Below are positions 23,050 through 32,109 of a DNA stretch of 34,915 bases, in pieces. The notes beneath the pieces were generated by a model. The model was not told the DNA's origin. It made no database searches and was given only the letters and a program-made list of their open reading frames with translations. A program made the translations under genes and the position numbers. Origin of the DNA: an uncultured Thermoplasmata archaeon. Lineage in GTDB: Archaea > Thermoplasmatota > Penumbrarchaeia > JAEHCK01 > CBDVCJ01. The stretch is taken from positions 1 through 34,915 of the forward strand of contig CBDVCJ010000002.1 of the NCBI GenBank assembly GCA_965372445.1. The letters run 5' to 3'. The stretch's first letter is position 1. Each line of letters starts with the position of its first letter.

Positions 23050-26000
23050 TTATTTCTTTAAATTGTGGTATTCCCCAAGCGACAAAACATCCAGCTTACC
23101 GGTCCTCGCGCTTTTTATCGCTTCTATTACCGCCTTCGCGGATGAGATCGTAGTTATGAACGGTATCTCAAGATCCACCGCCAATCTCCGCATCATATAG
23201 CCGTCACGCCGCGCACCGGTCTCCTGGGTCGGGGTGTTCAGTATCAACCTGATCTCGCCTTTACGCATGAGCTCGATCGCATCCGGGGAGCGATGCTCGC
23301 TAATACGCCAAATGGTCTTCACAGGTATCTCCTGCCCGCGTAGATAACTTGCAGTGCCTTTGGTCGCGACTATGTTTATACCTAGATCCGTTAATTGCTC
23401 GGCAAACCATCTTATCTTGGGCTTGTCTTTATCACCGACCGTTAAATAAGCCACACCATCTTCACCATTAACCAAAAATTTTACATTATCAGATAATCGC
23501 GCCTTGTAATATGCCATCCCAAAATTCGTATCTATTCCCATCCCCTCGCCGGTAGATTTCATTTCCGGGGTTAATATTGTATCCAATCCCGGCAATTTTT
23601 GAAACGGGAATATCGGCGCTTTTATCGAGACATGCTCGATCGTCCGCTCTTGGGAATAACCGAGATTCTTCAACGTATCGCCCAACATCACCTTGGTCGC
23701 CAATTTCGCTAACGGCACCCCTATGGATTTCGAAACGAACGGGATTGTGCGACTGGCACGCGGGTTCGCTTCCAGTACATAAACAACATTATCCTTTACT
23801 GCGAATTGGATGTTCAATAACCCTTTGATCTTCAACGCCAACGCAATTGTCTTGGTGGCCTGTTTGACCTTCTGGAGTACTTGGGGGGATAGGGTCTGGG
23901 GCGGCAACACGCAATAAGAATCGCCGGAATGTATACCTGCCTCTTCTATATGTTCCATTATCCCGCCAATATAAACATCTTTACCGTCCACAACTGCATC
24001 GACATCAAGTTCGATCGCTTCAGATAGAAATCTATCAACGAGTACCGGGTGGTTCTTTGAAGCCTTAACTGCATGACTCATATAATATTCCAGATCTTTC
24101 TCGTTATAGACTATTTCCATTGCCCTACCACCAAGCACATAGCTCGGCCGCACCAATACCGGGTACCCGATCTTCAAAGCGATCTCGCGTACCTGCTCGA
24201 AATTATAGCCCGTACCCGCTTCGGGCTGCGGTATCTTTAGCTTCGACATCAGTGCGCTGAATAGCCCGCGATCCTCTGCAATATTTATATTTTCTGGTGA
24301 GGTACCCATGATCTTGGTTTTCAAACCGCTTGAGTGCAGTACCTTTTCCAATTGGCCGACCAGATTGATGGAGGTCTGACCGCCAAACTGTACAATTATA
24401 CCATCCGGCTGCTCATGCTCGACGAGATTGAACACATCTTCAAATGATAATGGTTCGAAATATAGCGCATCTGAAATATCGAAATCCGTAGAGACCGTTT
24501 CAGGATTGTTGTTAATTATCAAAGCTTCAATATTTTCATTCTTTAACGCCATCACCGCATGCACACAGGAATAATCGAATTCTATGCCCTGGCCGATCCT
24601 GATCGGTCCTGAGCCGATGATCAATACCTTCTTTTTGTTACGTTTTTTAGGAGACGGCGCTGGTTTGGGGTGGATATTTTCAAGCGGAGTTTCATAGGTA
24701 GAATAATAATATGGGGTTGCAGCTTCAAATTCACCGCCACAAGTATCAACCATTTTGTAAACCGGAGTGATCTTGAATTTTATACGAAGTTTTCTGATCT
24801 TAAGTTCGGTGCTATTCGCGAGCTCGGCAATATGCACATCTGAAAATCCAAATTGCTTGAGCTTTCTAAACAGCTCGGGTGTCATTTCACGTCTGAGGTT
24901 TTTTAAATTTGTAACTTTTTCTTCAAGTTTCAAAATATTATCGATCTTCGATACAAAGAACGTGTCATATGTGCTCAGCTCCGATACCTTGGCGACCGGA
25001 TAACCGCGCCTTAAAGCCTCTGCCACCACAAACAGCCGTTTCTCGGTCGGTATCTGAAGCTCTTTGATCAACTCGTAATCCTGGAGATCGTCTATCCTTT
25101 CGAACCCGAACACATCGATATCGAGCGAACGTATCGCCTTTAACAACGCCTCCTCGATATTTCGACCGATCGCCATGACCTCGCCGGTAGATTTCATCTG
25201 GGTGCTGAGCTCGCGGTTTACAGATAAGAATTTATCAAAAGGCCACCGCGGGATCTTAATAACTACATAATCGAGTGTCGGCTCGAACGACGCGTAGGTT
25301 TTGCCGGTAACGTTATTTGGAATCTCGTCAAGTGTCATCCCGAGCGCGATCTTCGCCGCCACCCTCGCAATCGGATAGCCCGTGGCTTTGGAGGCAAGCG
25401 CCGACGAGCGCGATACGCGGGGGTTGACCTCGATCACACGATATTCGCCGGTAGCGTGGTTGAAAGCGAATTGGATATTACACCCGCCTTCGATCTTCAA
25501 CGCCCGTATGATCTTCAAGGCCGCAGCGCGTAAAAGCTGGTGGTCGGCATCGCTCAGGGTCTGGGCGGGCGCGATCACGATCGATTCGCCGGTATGGACG
25601 CCCATCCCGTCAAAATTCTCCATGTTACAAACAGTAATACAGTTATCGTGCGCATCGCGCATGACCTCGTATTCGTACTCTTTCCAGCCGAGCACACTCT
25701 CTTCGACCAGCACTTGTTTGATACGGGAATAGACCAACCCGCGCCCGACAATATCTTCGAGCTCGGGCTCGTCATGAGCGATCCCACCACCCGTCCCCCC
25801 AAGAGTATATGCGGGGCGAATAAGGACCGGGTAGCCGCCGATCTGCGATATGCTTTGCTTGGCCTCGTCGATCGAATTACAGGCGATGCTGCGTGGTATT
25901 GGCTCGTTGATCTTCATCATCAACTTCCGGAACAGGTCGCGGTCTTCGGACGTGGCGATCGCGTTGAGTTGTGTGCCTAATAGCTCAACCTTATATTTCT

Positions 26001-26325
26001 TCAAAGTTCCGGTCTCGGCAAGTTCGGAACATATGTTCAACGCTGTTTGGCCGCCCATCCCCGAGAGTATCCCGTCAGGTCGTTCTTTCGCGATTATTTT
26101 GGATACTATTTCCGGTAATAACGGTTCTATATAGACCGCATCGGCAGTATCGACATCGGTTTGGATGGTGGCGGGGTTGGAATTCACAAGAACGGTCCCA
26201 TAGCCCTCCTCTCTAAGCGACCTGCACGCCTGCGAGCCCGAGAAATCGAATTCCGCGGCCTGGCCAATAACTATCGGCCCGGACCCGATTATCATGATCT
26301 TGCGGAGGTCGGAGCGTTTAGGCAT
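23050..26325 (-). CDS. carB: carbamoyl-phosphate synthase large subunit
   Basis: Starts MPKRSDLRKIMIIGSGPIVIGQAAEFDFSG. Second half IGSGPIRIGQGIEFDYS. Two ATP-grasp halves and an MGS-like C-terminus. The ATG at 26325 follows a GGAGGTG RBS; the track GTG at 26337 lies inside that RBS. Confidence 0.95.
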   Translation of the reverse strand: MPKRSDLRKIMIIGSGPIVIGQAAEFDFSGSQACRSLREEGYGTVLVNSNPATIQTDVDTADAVYIEPLLPEIVSKIIAKERPDGILSGMGGQTALNICSELAETGTLKKYKVELLGTQLNAIATSEDRDLFRKLMMKINEPIPRSIACNSIDEAKQSISQIGGYPVLIRPAYTLGGTGGGIAHDEPELEDIVGRGLVYSRIKQVLVEESVLGWKEYEYEVMRDAHDNCITVCNMENFDGMGVHTGESIVIAPAQTLSDADHQLLRAAALKIIRALKIEGGCNIQFAFNHATGEYRVIEVNPRVSRSSALASKATGYPIARVAAKIALGMTLDEIPNNVTGKTYASFEPTLDYVVIKIPRWPFDKFLSVNRELSTQMKSTGEVMAIGRNIEEALLKAIRSLDIDVFGFERIDDLQDYELIKELQIPTEKRLFVVAEALRRGYPVAKVSELSTYDTFFVSKIDNILKLEEKVTNLKNLRREMTPELFRKLKQFGFSDVHIAELANSTELKIRKLRIKFKITPVYKMVDTCGGEFEAATPYYYSTYETPLENIHPKPAPSPKKRNKKKVLIIGSGPIRIGQGIEFDYSCVHAVMALKNENIEALIINNNPETVSTDFDISDALYFEPLSFEDVFNLVEHEQPDGIIVQFGGQTSINLVGQLEKVLHSSGLKTKIMGTSPENINIAEDRGLFSALMSKLKIPQPEAGTGYNFEQVREIALKIGYPVLVRPSYVLGGRAMEIVYNEKDLEYYMSHAVKASKNHPVLVDRFLSEAIELDVDAVVDGKDVYIGGIMEHIEEAGIHSGDSYCVLPPQTLSPQVLQKVKQATKTIALALKIKGLLNIQFAVKDNVVYVLEANPRASRTIPFVSKSIGVPLAKLATKVMLGDTLKNLGYSQERTIEHVSIKAPIFPFQKLPGLDTILTPEMKSTGEGMGIDTNFGMAYYKARLSDNVKFLVNGEDGVAYLTVGDKDKPKIRWFAEQLTDLGINIVATKGTASYLRGQEIPVKTIWRISEHRSPDAIELMRKGEIRLILNTPTQETGARRDGYMMRRLAVDLEIPFITTISSAKAVIEAIKSARTGKLDVLSLGEYHNLKK

Positions 26326-27496
26326 TTTTGCGGCCACCTCCTTTCTTGGACCGTTTTATCATTTCTATGAATTTATCGAATAACGACTGCGAATCCCAGG
26401 GGCCCGGCGAAGCTTCGGGGTGATACTGCACCGAAAATATCGGCAGTCTGCTGTGCTGCATACCCTCGACCGTTGAGTCGTTTACATTGATATGGGTATA
26501 TTCGATCTCAGTCCCGGGGTCTTTGGTGTGGCTGCCATTATCCTGTGCAACTGCATAGCCGTGGTTCTGGGCGGTTATATAGACCTTCTTGGTCAGCTCG
26601 TCACGGACCGGCTGGTTCGCACCGCGGTGCCCGAACTTGAGCTTGAAGGTTTTGGCGCCGAATGCAAGCGATAAGAGTTGGTGGCCAAGACAGATGCCCA
26701 TTATTGGATATTCACTTATTAACTCTTGAAGCGTTTTCACAGTGGTCGATAATATTTCCGGGTGGCTGGGATCGCCCGGCCCGTTCGAGATGAACACGCC
26801 GTCGGGTTTGAGCGCGTGGATCTTGTCGGCGGTTACATTATAAGGCAATTGGATAACATTAGCGCGTTTTAAAAGCGATCTTATGATATTATTCTTCACA
26901 CCACAGTCTATCAGTGCTATGTTCAATTTGCCGGTGCCTTTCAACTTTTTCTGTTTTTTACAACTAACCTGCGCCACTAGATTATGCTCGCAGGGATGCA
27001 CCATATTCTGGGCTTCGGCCACGAGCTTGTTTACATCATGACCATTACCGTCATCATAATATGTTTTGAGTATGGCTTTGAGCGTCCCAAATTCACGGGT
27101 TTTTATCGTCAGTGCACGGGTATCGATATTGGCGATACCGGGTATATCATATTCCGCCAGGAATTGCGAGAGGGTTTTGGTACTGGCGCGATGGCTCGGG
27201 GTTTCACAAAATTCGCGAACTGCATAACCTTCAACCTGGATACCATCAGATTCGAAACTATCTTTATTAATGCCATAATTACCAATCAGAGGATAGGTCA
27301 TCATCAGGATCTGGCCTTTGTAAGAAGGATCAGTAAGGGACTCTTGATAGCCCGTCATCCCGGTATTAAAAACAAATTCGCCCGCTACAGTTTTAGCAGT
27401 CGCGCCGAAACCGTCCCCCCAGACGATAGTTCCATCTTCAAGTACTAAAATGGCTTTGAGTTCGCTTGAAGTCCGGATTTGTTCCAAGGTTTTCAT
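26318..27496 (-). CDS. carA: carbamoyl-phosphate synthase small (glutaminase) subunit
   Basis: Class I GATase motifs GICLGHQLL and VQYHPE. 8-nt overlap (ATGCCTAA) with carB. Confidence 0.95.
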   Translation of the reverse strand: MKTLEQIRTSSELKAILVLEDGTIVWGDGFGATAKTVAGEFVFNTGMTGYQESLTDPSYKGQILMMTYPLIGNYGINKDSFESDGIQVEGYAVREFCETPSHRASTKTLSQFLAEYDIPGIANIDTRALTIKTREFGTLKAILKTYYDDGNGHDVNKLVAEAQNMVHPCEHNLVAQVSCKKQKKLKGTGKLNIALIDCGVKNNIIRSLLKRANVIQLPYNVTADKIHALKPDGVFISNGPGDPSHPEILSTTVKTLQELISEYPIMGICLGHQLLSLAFGAKTFKLKFGHRGANQPVRDELTKKVYITAQNHGYAVAQDNGSHTKDPGTEIEYTHINVNDSTVEGMQHSRLPIFSVQYHPEASPGPWDSQSLFDKFIEMIKRSKKGGGRKNA

Positions 27497-27542
27497 TGGC
27501 TAGACCTTAGAAAAGGTGAATAGCAATTTCAGGATAAATATT

Positions 27543-27852
27543 TTTTGATTTGGGGATGGCTCCGTATGGGGAATTGGGAATGGGGAATGGGGCCCCACCC
27601 CCCATATCAAACCGCAGAGGACGCTGAGGACGCTGAAGGCGCTGAATTTTATTATAATATAAGGATTCGAGATTCCAGTTTCGAGATTCGAGGTGACCTA
27701 TGTAAAGGTAAAACGCAAAAGACGAAAAGGACCGCGTGGGGACTCAAATTTAGAATCCAGAATCTGGAATCCAATAGAGAATTCAGCGGCCTCAGCGTAC
27801 TCAGCGGTTAAAAGTGGAGGGGGTTTCGGTTCCCGAATCCCGATACTCCCGG
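27543..27852. repeat. structured intergenic element E9 with termini shared with E10
   Basis: Left end tttttgatttggggatggctccgtatggggaattgggaatggggaatgggg + ccccacccccc. Inner arms gaggacgctgaggacgctgaaggcgctgaatt versus aattcagcggcctcagcgtactcagcgg. Right end gtggagggggtttcggttcccgaatcccgatactcccgg. Confidence 0.8.
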
Positions 27853-27949
27853 TTGAAGACGATTAATTGACAAAATATCAGAAGGTTTATGTAATAGTAA
27901 TATAATTTTATTAATGTCGAAATTATAGAACAACCTGGGGAAATAGAAG

Positions 27950-30574
27950 ATGCTGAGGGAACGATCGAGAGCCTCAATAACGATCTTTATTGCGTCGTGG
28001 ATAATATTGAGTGGGATAATAATTATACCGTTGAGTTTACTGGATGTTGAGGGGCAGGAAGTGTTGGGAACTGCTAATTTCACCGAAGATTTCTATATGA
28101 CTACATATATGGATGCGAATGAGTCTGATGTTGTTGGGTGGGGGATTGGCAGTATTGAGTTGGCTATGAAACCAAAGGTTACAGAACTTTCGTTAGTTGG
28201 GTCTTGCGATATCCAAGCCGATGCGCGTGGTATATTTGTCAAGGGAAATTATGCTTATGTTTGTGCTGGGATTGATGGTTTTTTTATTATAAATATTACA
28301 GATCCAATAAATCCAATTCTTACTGGAAATTGTGATTCAATCAATATTGCTTTTAATGTAAAGATAAAGGATGATTTTGCCTATGTCACAGATTATGGAT
28401 ATGGATTACGGGTAATAAATATCACGACCCCTAAAAACCCAACACTAACAGGATCAGCTAAAACACCAGGTTATGCTAAAGGAATTTATATAGTCGATGA
28501 TTATTTATATATTTCTTATGAAATTGATCCAGTTACGGGGGATTCCGGGGAAGATGGATTAGGAATAATCGATATTTCAGACCCAAAGAATCCGACAATT
28601 ATCGCAACTTTCAATACATCTACATCAGCTAATGATGTTTATGTATCGGGTAATTATGCATATGTTGCCGAAGGTGATGAACTATCTGGAAATTTTGAAA
28701 TTGTAAATATATCAGATTCAATAAACCCGACTCTTGCGGGAAGTTATGATATTTCTGAAAACGCATGGGATATGCAGGTTGTTGAAAATTTCGCCTATAT
28801 TATTGGGAGTTGGCCAGGATTTCTAATACTAAATGTAACAGATCCAACAAATCCAACTCTTCAAGGAAGTTATAATGATATTTCCACGGCAAGGATATTT
28901 ATTGATGGTAATTATGCCTATGTTACAGGTGATTATACCATTGGCTTGAGTCATATTAAAGGTTTATTTGTGATTAACATTACAGATCCAATAAATCCAA
29001 CTCTTATTGGAAGTTGTGATACAACACAAAACTATATTCATGATATATATGTTGTTGACGATTATGCATATATTACTGATGATAGTGGATTAAAGATAAT
29101 CGAGATTTGGCATAGTAACGAAAATCGCTATCAATCAAAATGTCCGGCTTTTTCATTAGAAATTGATACCACGGATAAATACATTTACCATGCAAATTTG
29201 ACTTGTGAGGATAATATCCCACCGGGTACATCAATTAAGTACTATTTATGCGCAGGTGGTTCTAGTTTTGAGCAGGTGATACCTGGTACAGACTACATTT
29301 TTTATTCCCCCGGAAATAATTTGCAATGGTTGGCGATTTTATCAACAACAAACGGTTCGGTGACACCGAGCATTTCAAAAATATCAATTTCATATGAATA
29401 TGACTCTTCCGCCCCTGATTCGAGTGCAATGCCAATCTTACCGTACTGGCAAAATATATCGAAATTTAGAGTTGGATGGAACGCAATAGATAATTATAAT
29501 ATTGTAGACATCACACTATTTTATCGCTATAGTGCTGATAATGTAACTTGGAGTGATTGGATCGAATATAAACGGAATGATACGCTTTGGGGAGCTTCTT
29601 ACAGTGGTGAATTTACGTTTGCCGCGCCTAAGGGTGATGGTATTTACGAGTTCTATACTGCTGCAAATGATATTAGTGGCAACCTCGAATCGATGCCGCT
29701 GGTAGCGGACGCTATCGCTGGTGTTGATACTGGCTGGCCAGGCGTAAATCCACCTGAAGCTTATGGAAAATATAATAATACTGGCACAATAAATTGGTCG
29801 TGGGTGACGGCGCCGGATACTGGCAGTGGTATTGTTGGGTATTTTGTATGTGTAGGTACAACCCTGGGTGGTTCTGATATTGTAAACGATAGTTTTACAA
29901 CTAATAATTGGTATCAAATATCAAGCCTACAAAATAATAATACTTATTACTGCAAGATCAAAGCTAAGAATGGTGCTAGGACTATTGGCAATTATAGAAA
30001 TGGTGACTTTGTAACAGTAGACACAAAGCCACCTTACTCATTATCGATATTGATAAATGATGGTGCACGTGAAACCCAATCATTAATAGTAAATTTAACA
30101 CTTAATGCAACCGACAATATTTCCGGTATAAATCAGATGGCATTAAGTAACGATGGAATTAATTGGAGCGCTTGGGAAACTTTCAGCTTAACAAAATCGT
30201 ATACGCTACCTTTGGGTAACGGCCCTAAAACCGTTTATTTCAAAGTCAAAGATTACGCAGGTAATATCGCACCGCCAGTTTCAGATACAATTATTTTAAA
30301 TGTTACATACCCCGCTAATGATATCGATGGTGATGGTATTTTAAATCACGAGGATCCTGATATGGATGGCGACGGAATTCCAAACTATGAAGATCCGGAC
30401 ATTGACGGTGATGGCATACCGAATGAAGATGATGAAGATTCTAACTACCCATCTGAATTGGAGCATGAGGAACCCTCTTGGTTACCAATCATTATTGTTT
30501 TGATTCTTTATGTGATAATAATATTATATGTAATTGCAAATTATATCAAAAGGCGCTATCGTACCAAAAAATGA
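27950..30574 (+). CDS. membrane-anchored cell-surface protein with LVIVD beta-propeller repeats, Ig/FN3-like domains and TSP3-like Ca-binding repeats
   Basis: N-terminal hydrophobic signal. About 8 units of the type GNYAYV..G..GF.IINITDP.NP.L.G (LVIVD). DIDGDGILNHEDPDMDGDGIPNYEDPDIDGDGIPNEDDED. C-terminal TM helix WLPIIIVLILYVIIILYVIANYI followed by KRRYRTKK. Confidence 0.85.
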   Translation: MLRERSRASITIFIASWIILSGIIIIPLSLLDVEGQEVLGTANFTEDFYMTTYMDANESDVVGWGIGSIELAMKPKVTELSLVGSCDIQADARGIFVKGNYAYVCAGIDGFFIINITDPINPILTGNCDSINIAFNVKIKDDFAYVTDYGYGLRVINITTPKNPTLTGSAKTPGYAKGIYIVDDYLYISYEIDPVTGDSGEDGLGIIDISDPKNPTIIATFNTSTSANDVYVSGNYAYVAEGDELSGNFEIVNISDSINPTLAGSYDISENAWDMQVVENFAYIIGSWPGFLILNVTDPTNPTLQGSYNDISTARIFIDGNYAYVTGDYTIGLSHIKGLFVINITDPINPTLIGSCDTTQNYIHDIYVVDDYAYITDDSGLKIIEIWHSNENRYQSKCPAFSLEIDTTDKYIYHANLTCEDNIPPGTSIKYYLCAGGSSFEQVIPGTDYIFYSPGNNLQWLAILSTTNGSVTPSISKISISYEYDSSAPDSSAMPILPYWQNISKFRVGWNAIDNYNIVDITLFYRYSADNVTWSDWIEYKRNDTLWGASYSGEFTFAAPKGDGIYEFYTAANDISGNLESMPLVADAIAGVDTGWPGVNPPEAYGKYNNTGTINWSWVTAPDTGSGIVGYFVCVGTTLGGSDIVNDSFTTNNWYQISSLQNNNTYYCKIKAKNGARTIGNYRNGDFVTVDTKPPYSLSILINDGARETQSLIVNLTLNATDNISGINQMALSNDGINWSAWETFSLTKSYTLPLGNGPKTVYFKVKDYAGNIAPPVSDTIILNVTYPANDIDGDGILNHEDPDMDGDGIPNYEDPDIDGDGIPNEDDEDSNYPSELEHEEPSWLPIIIVLILYVIIILYVIANYIKRRYRTKK

Positions 30575-30613
30575 TCTGGTACCATATTTTAATCAATGGG
30601 AATGCTGAATTTA

Positions 30614-30846
30614 TTTTTGATTTGGGGATTGTTCCATATGGGGAATGGGGAATCGGGAATCGTCCACCCCCCGCCCTTATGTTAACACGAAGAACACGAA
30701 AAACACGAAATTTAGTAGTGGAAAAAAATTCTTTCGTGTTTTCGTGCTTTCGCGTTAGAAATTGGGGTGGGGGGTTCGAATCCCGACTCCCGAGTAAGTA
30801 CCTACCACCTATCACCTACCACCTAACTCCTACCACCTATTACCAC
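30614..30846. repeat. structured intergenic element E10 (same family and orientation as E9), plus a CCTACCACC word tail
   Basis: Left end tttttgatttggggattgttccatatggggaatggggaatcgggaatcg + ccaccccccgccc. Inner arms cacgaagaacacgaaaaacacgaaa versus tttcgtgttttcgtgctttcgcg. Right end ttggggtggggggttcgaatcccgactcccgag (to 30794). Then cctaccacctatcacctaccacctaactcctaccacctattaccac. Confidence 0.8.
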
Positions 30847-30865
30847 ATAAATTCACCAACCCCTC

Positions 30866-30877
30866 CCCTATAAATCT
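30866..30877 (+). promoter_or_regulatory. candidate TATA-like box (cctataaatc) upstream of nurA
   Basis: About 70 nt upstream of the ATG at 30943. aGGGGAG RBS 8 nt upstream of the ATG. Confidence 0.25.
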
Positions 30878-30942
30878 TTAAGTAAACACAATACAATAAC
30901 GGGAGGCAAAATCGTCACAATAATTTCAGGGGAGAAAGAATA

Positions 30943-32037
30943 ATGCTCGATTCCGAAGTAGATATTGGTTTGGCGAAAACAGTAGATTTCATCAATTCGA
31001 TCTTAAACGAAAATTCAGAGGTCATCGTAGATGAAAGTGACTCCGAAGACATGACCAAGATCGTTATGCGCAATTCCATTCGCGAAGATTCGTTCCAAAC
31101 TTACGACCCGTCTCAACTTGAAGAGCTTGAGGATGGCTACAAGCTCGCAGCTGTGGACGGCGGCTCGCACAAGATCCTCGATGCGGGCTCGTTCATTCTT
31201 GGTACTTACCGAGCTGGTTATCTGATCTTCCAGAACGGTAAGATGCTCGAAGACAAGATCGGCAATATCAACACCCAATTCATTTCATTTTCAAATTTAC
31301 GCGACCTTTATTCAAAAACCTTCGCCAAACTTATTGGTGAAGCCCCGGTCGAGTATCCGCGCCAGCTGCATGTGGTGCTGGAACGGCTGCGAACGTTCGC
31401 GGAATGGGAGATGGTACAGGAGCTTGTCGCGAAATTGGACCAGGATGATATTATATTGATCGACGGCTCTTTGAAAGCTTCAATTAACAGGCTGGATGTG
31501 CTGTTCCAAAATGTGTTGGAGAAAGCTGTTGATAAAGGTATACATTTCATCGGAATAAGTAAACGGAGCACACTTAGGTTGAACCATATGCCGTTGATCC
31601 CGAGGGTAAAAAAAATGGGCGAGCAGCAGTTCCCGAAAAAATATTGGTCTTGCCAGATATCTGATGAGGATATTACGGACGTGGAATCAGATCAAATGGA
31701 TAACGATAAAGGCAGCACCCGCCAGCAATTTGGTAAAAGATACATTGTTAAATTCCATCCGCTGACGCGTTTCGTGTTCAGGACCGATATTAATCGTTTG
31801 GATAGATCCGACCCCCACCAGCTTTTCATTAAGATCAGTAAATATTGCAGCGACCCGGCCTACCTGGGCTACCCCTACCCGTTAGCCGACGTCCATAACC
31901 AGGTTGTAATTACACGTGCGTTAAGGGAAGATATGGTTTATCGTATGCAAGGCATTGCACTGGAGAAAGGTATCGGGTTGGGTGAATGGGAGGACCTCTT
32001 TATCGACTTTCATCGGATATTAGACATGAACGTATGA
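30943..32037 (+). CDS. nurA: NurA 5'-3' nuclease
   Basis: 364 aa. The KLAAVDGGSH and DIILIDGSL motifs are typical of NurA. Located immediately upstream of herA. Confidence 0.75.
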   Translation: MLDSEVDIGLAKTVDFINSILNENSEVIVDESDSEDMTKIVMRNSIREDSFQTYDPSQLEELEDGYKLAAVDGGSHKILDAGSFILGTYRAGYLIFQNGKMLEDKIGNINTQFISFSNLRDLYSKTFAKLIGEAPVEYPRQLHVVLERLRTFAEWEMVQELVAKLDQDDIILIDGSLKASINRLDVLFQNVLEKAVDKGIHFIGISKRSTLRLNHMPLIPRVKKMGEQQFPKKYWSCQISDEDITDVESDQMDNDKGSTRQQFGKRYIVKFHPLTRFVFRTDINRLDRSDPHQLFIKISKYCSDPAYLGYPYPLADVHNQVVITRALREDMVYRMQGIALEKGIGLGEWEDLFIDFHRILDMNV

Positions 32038-32109
32038 AGATTGTTCAAATTATTGAGAAGGTTGCGTTTGCAACTTAGTAGCAATTCAAACTCAAACTTA
32101 GGTGATTTA

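Noticed and set aside
26318-26325. The carA/carB 8-nt overlap and the extra basic C-terminal residues of CarA
   Set aside because: Short overlaps between co-translated subunits are ordinary and not worth flagging.
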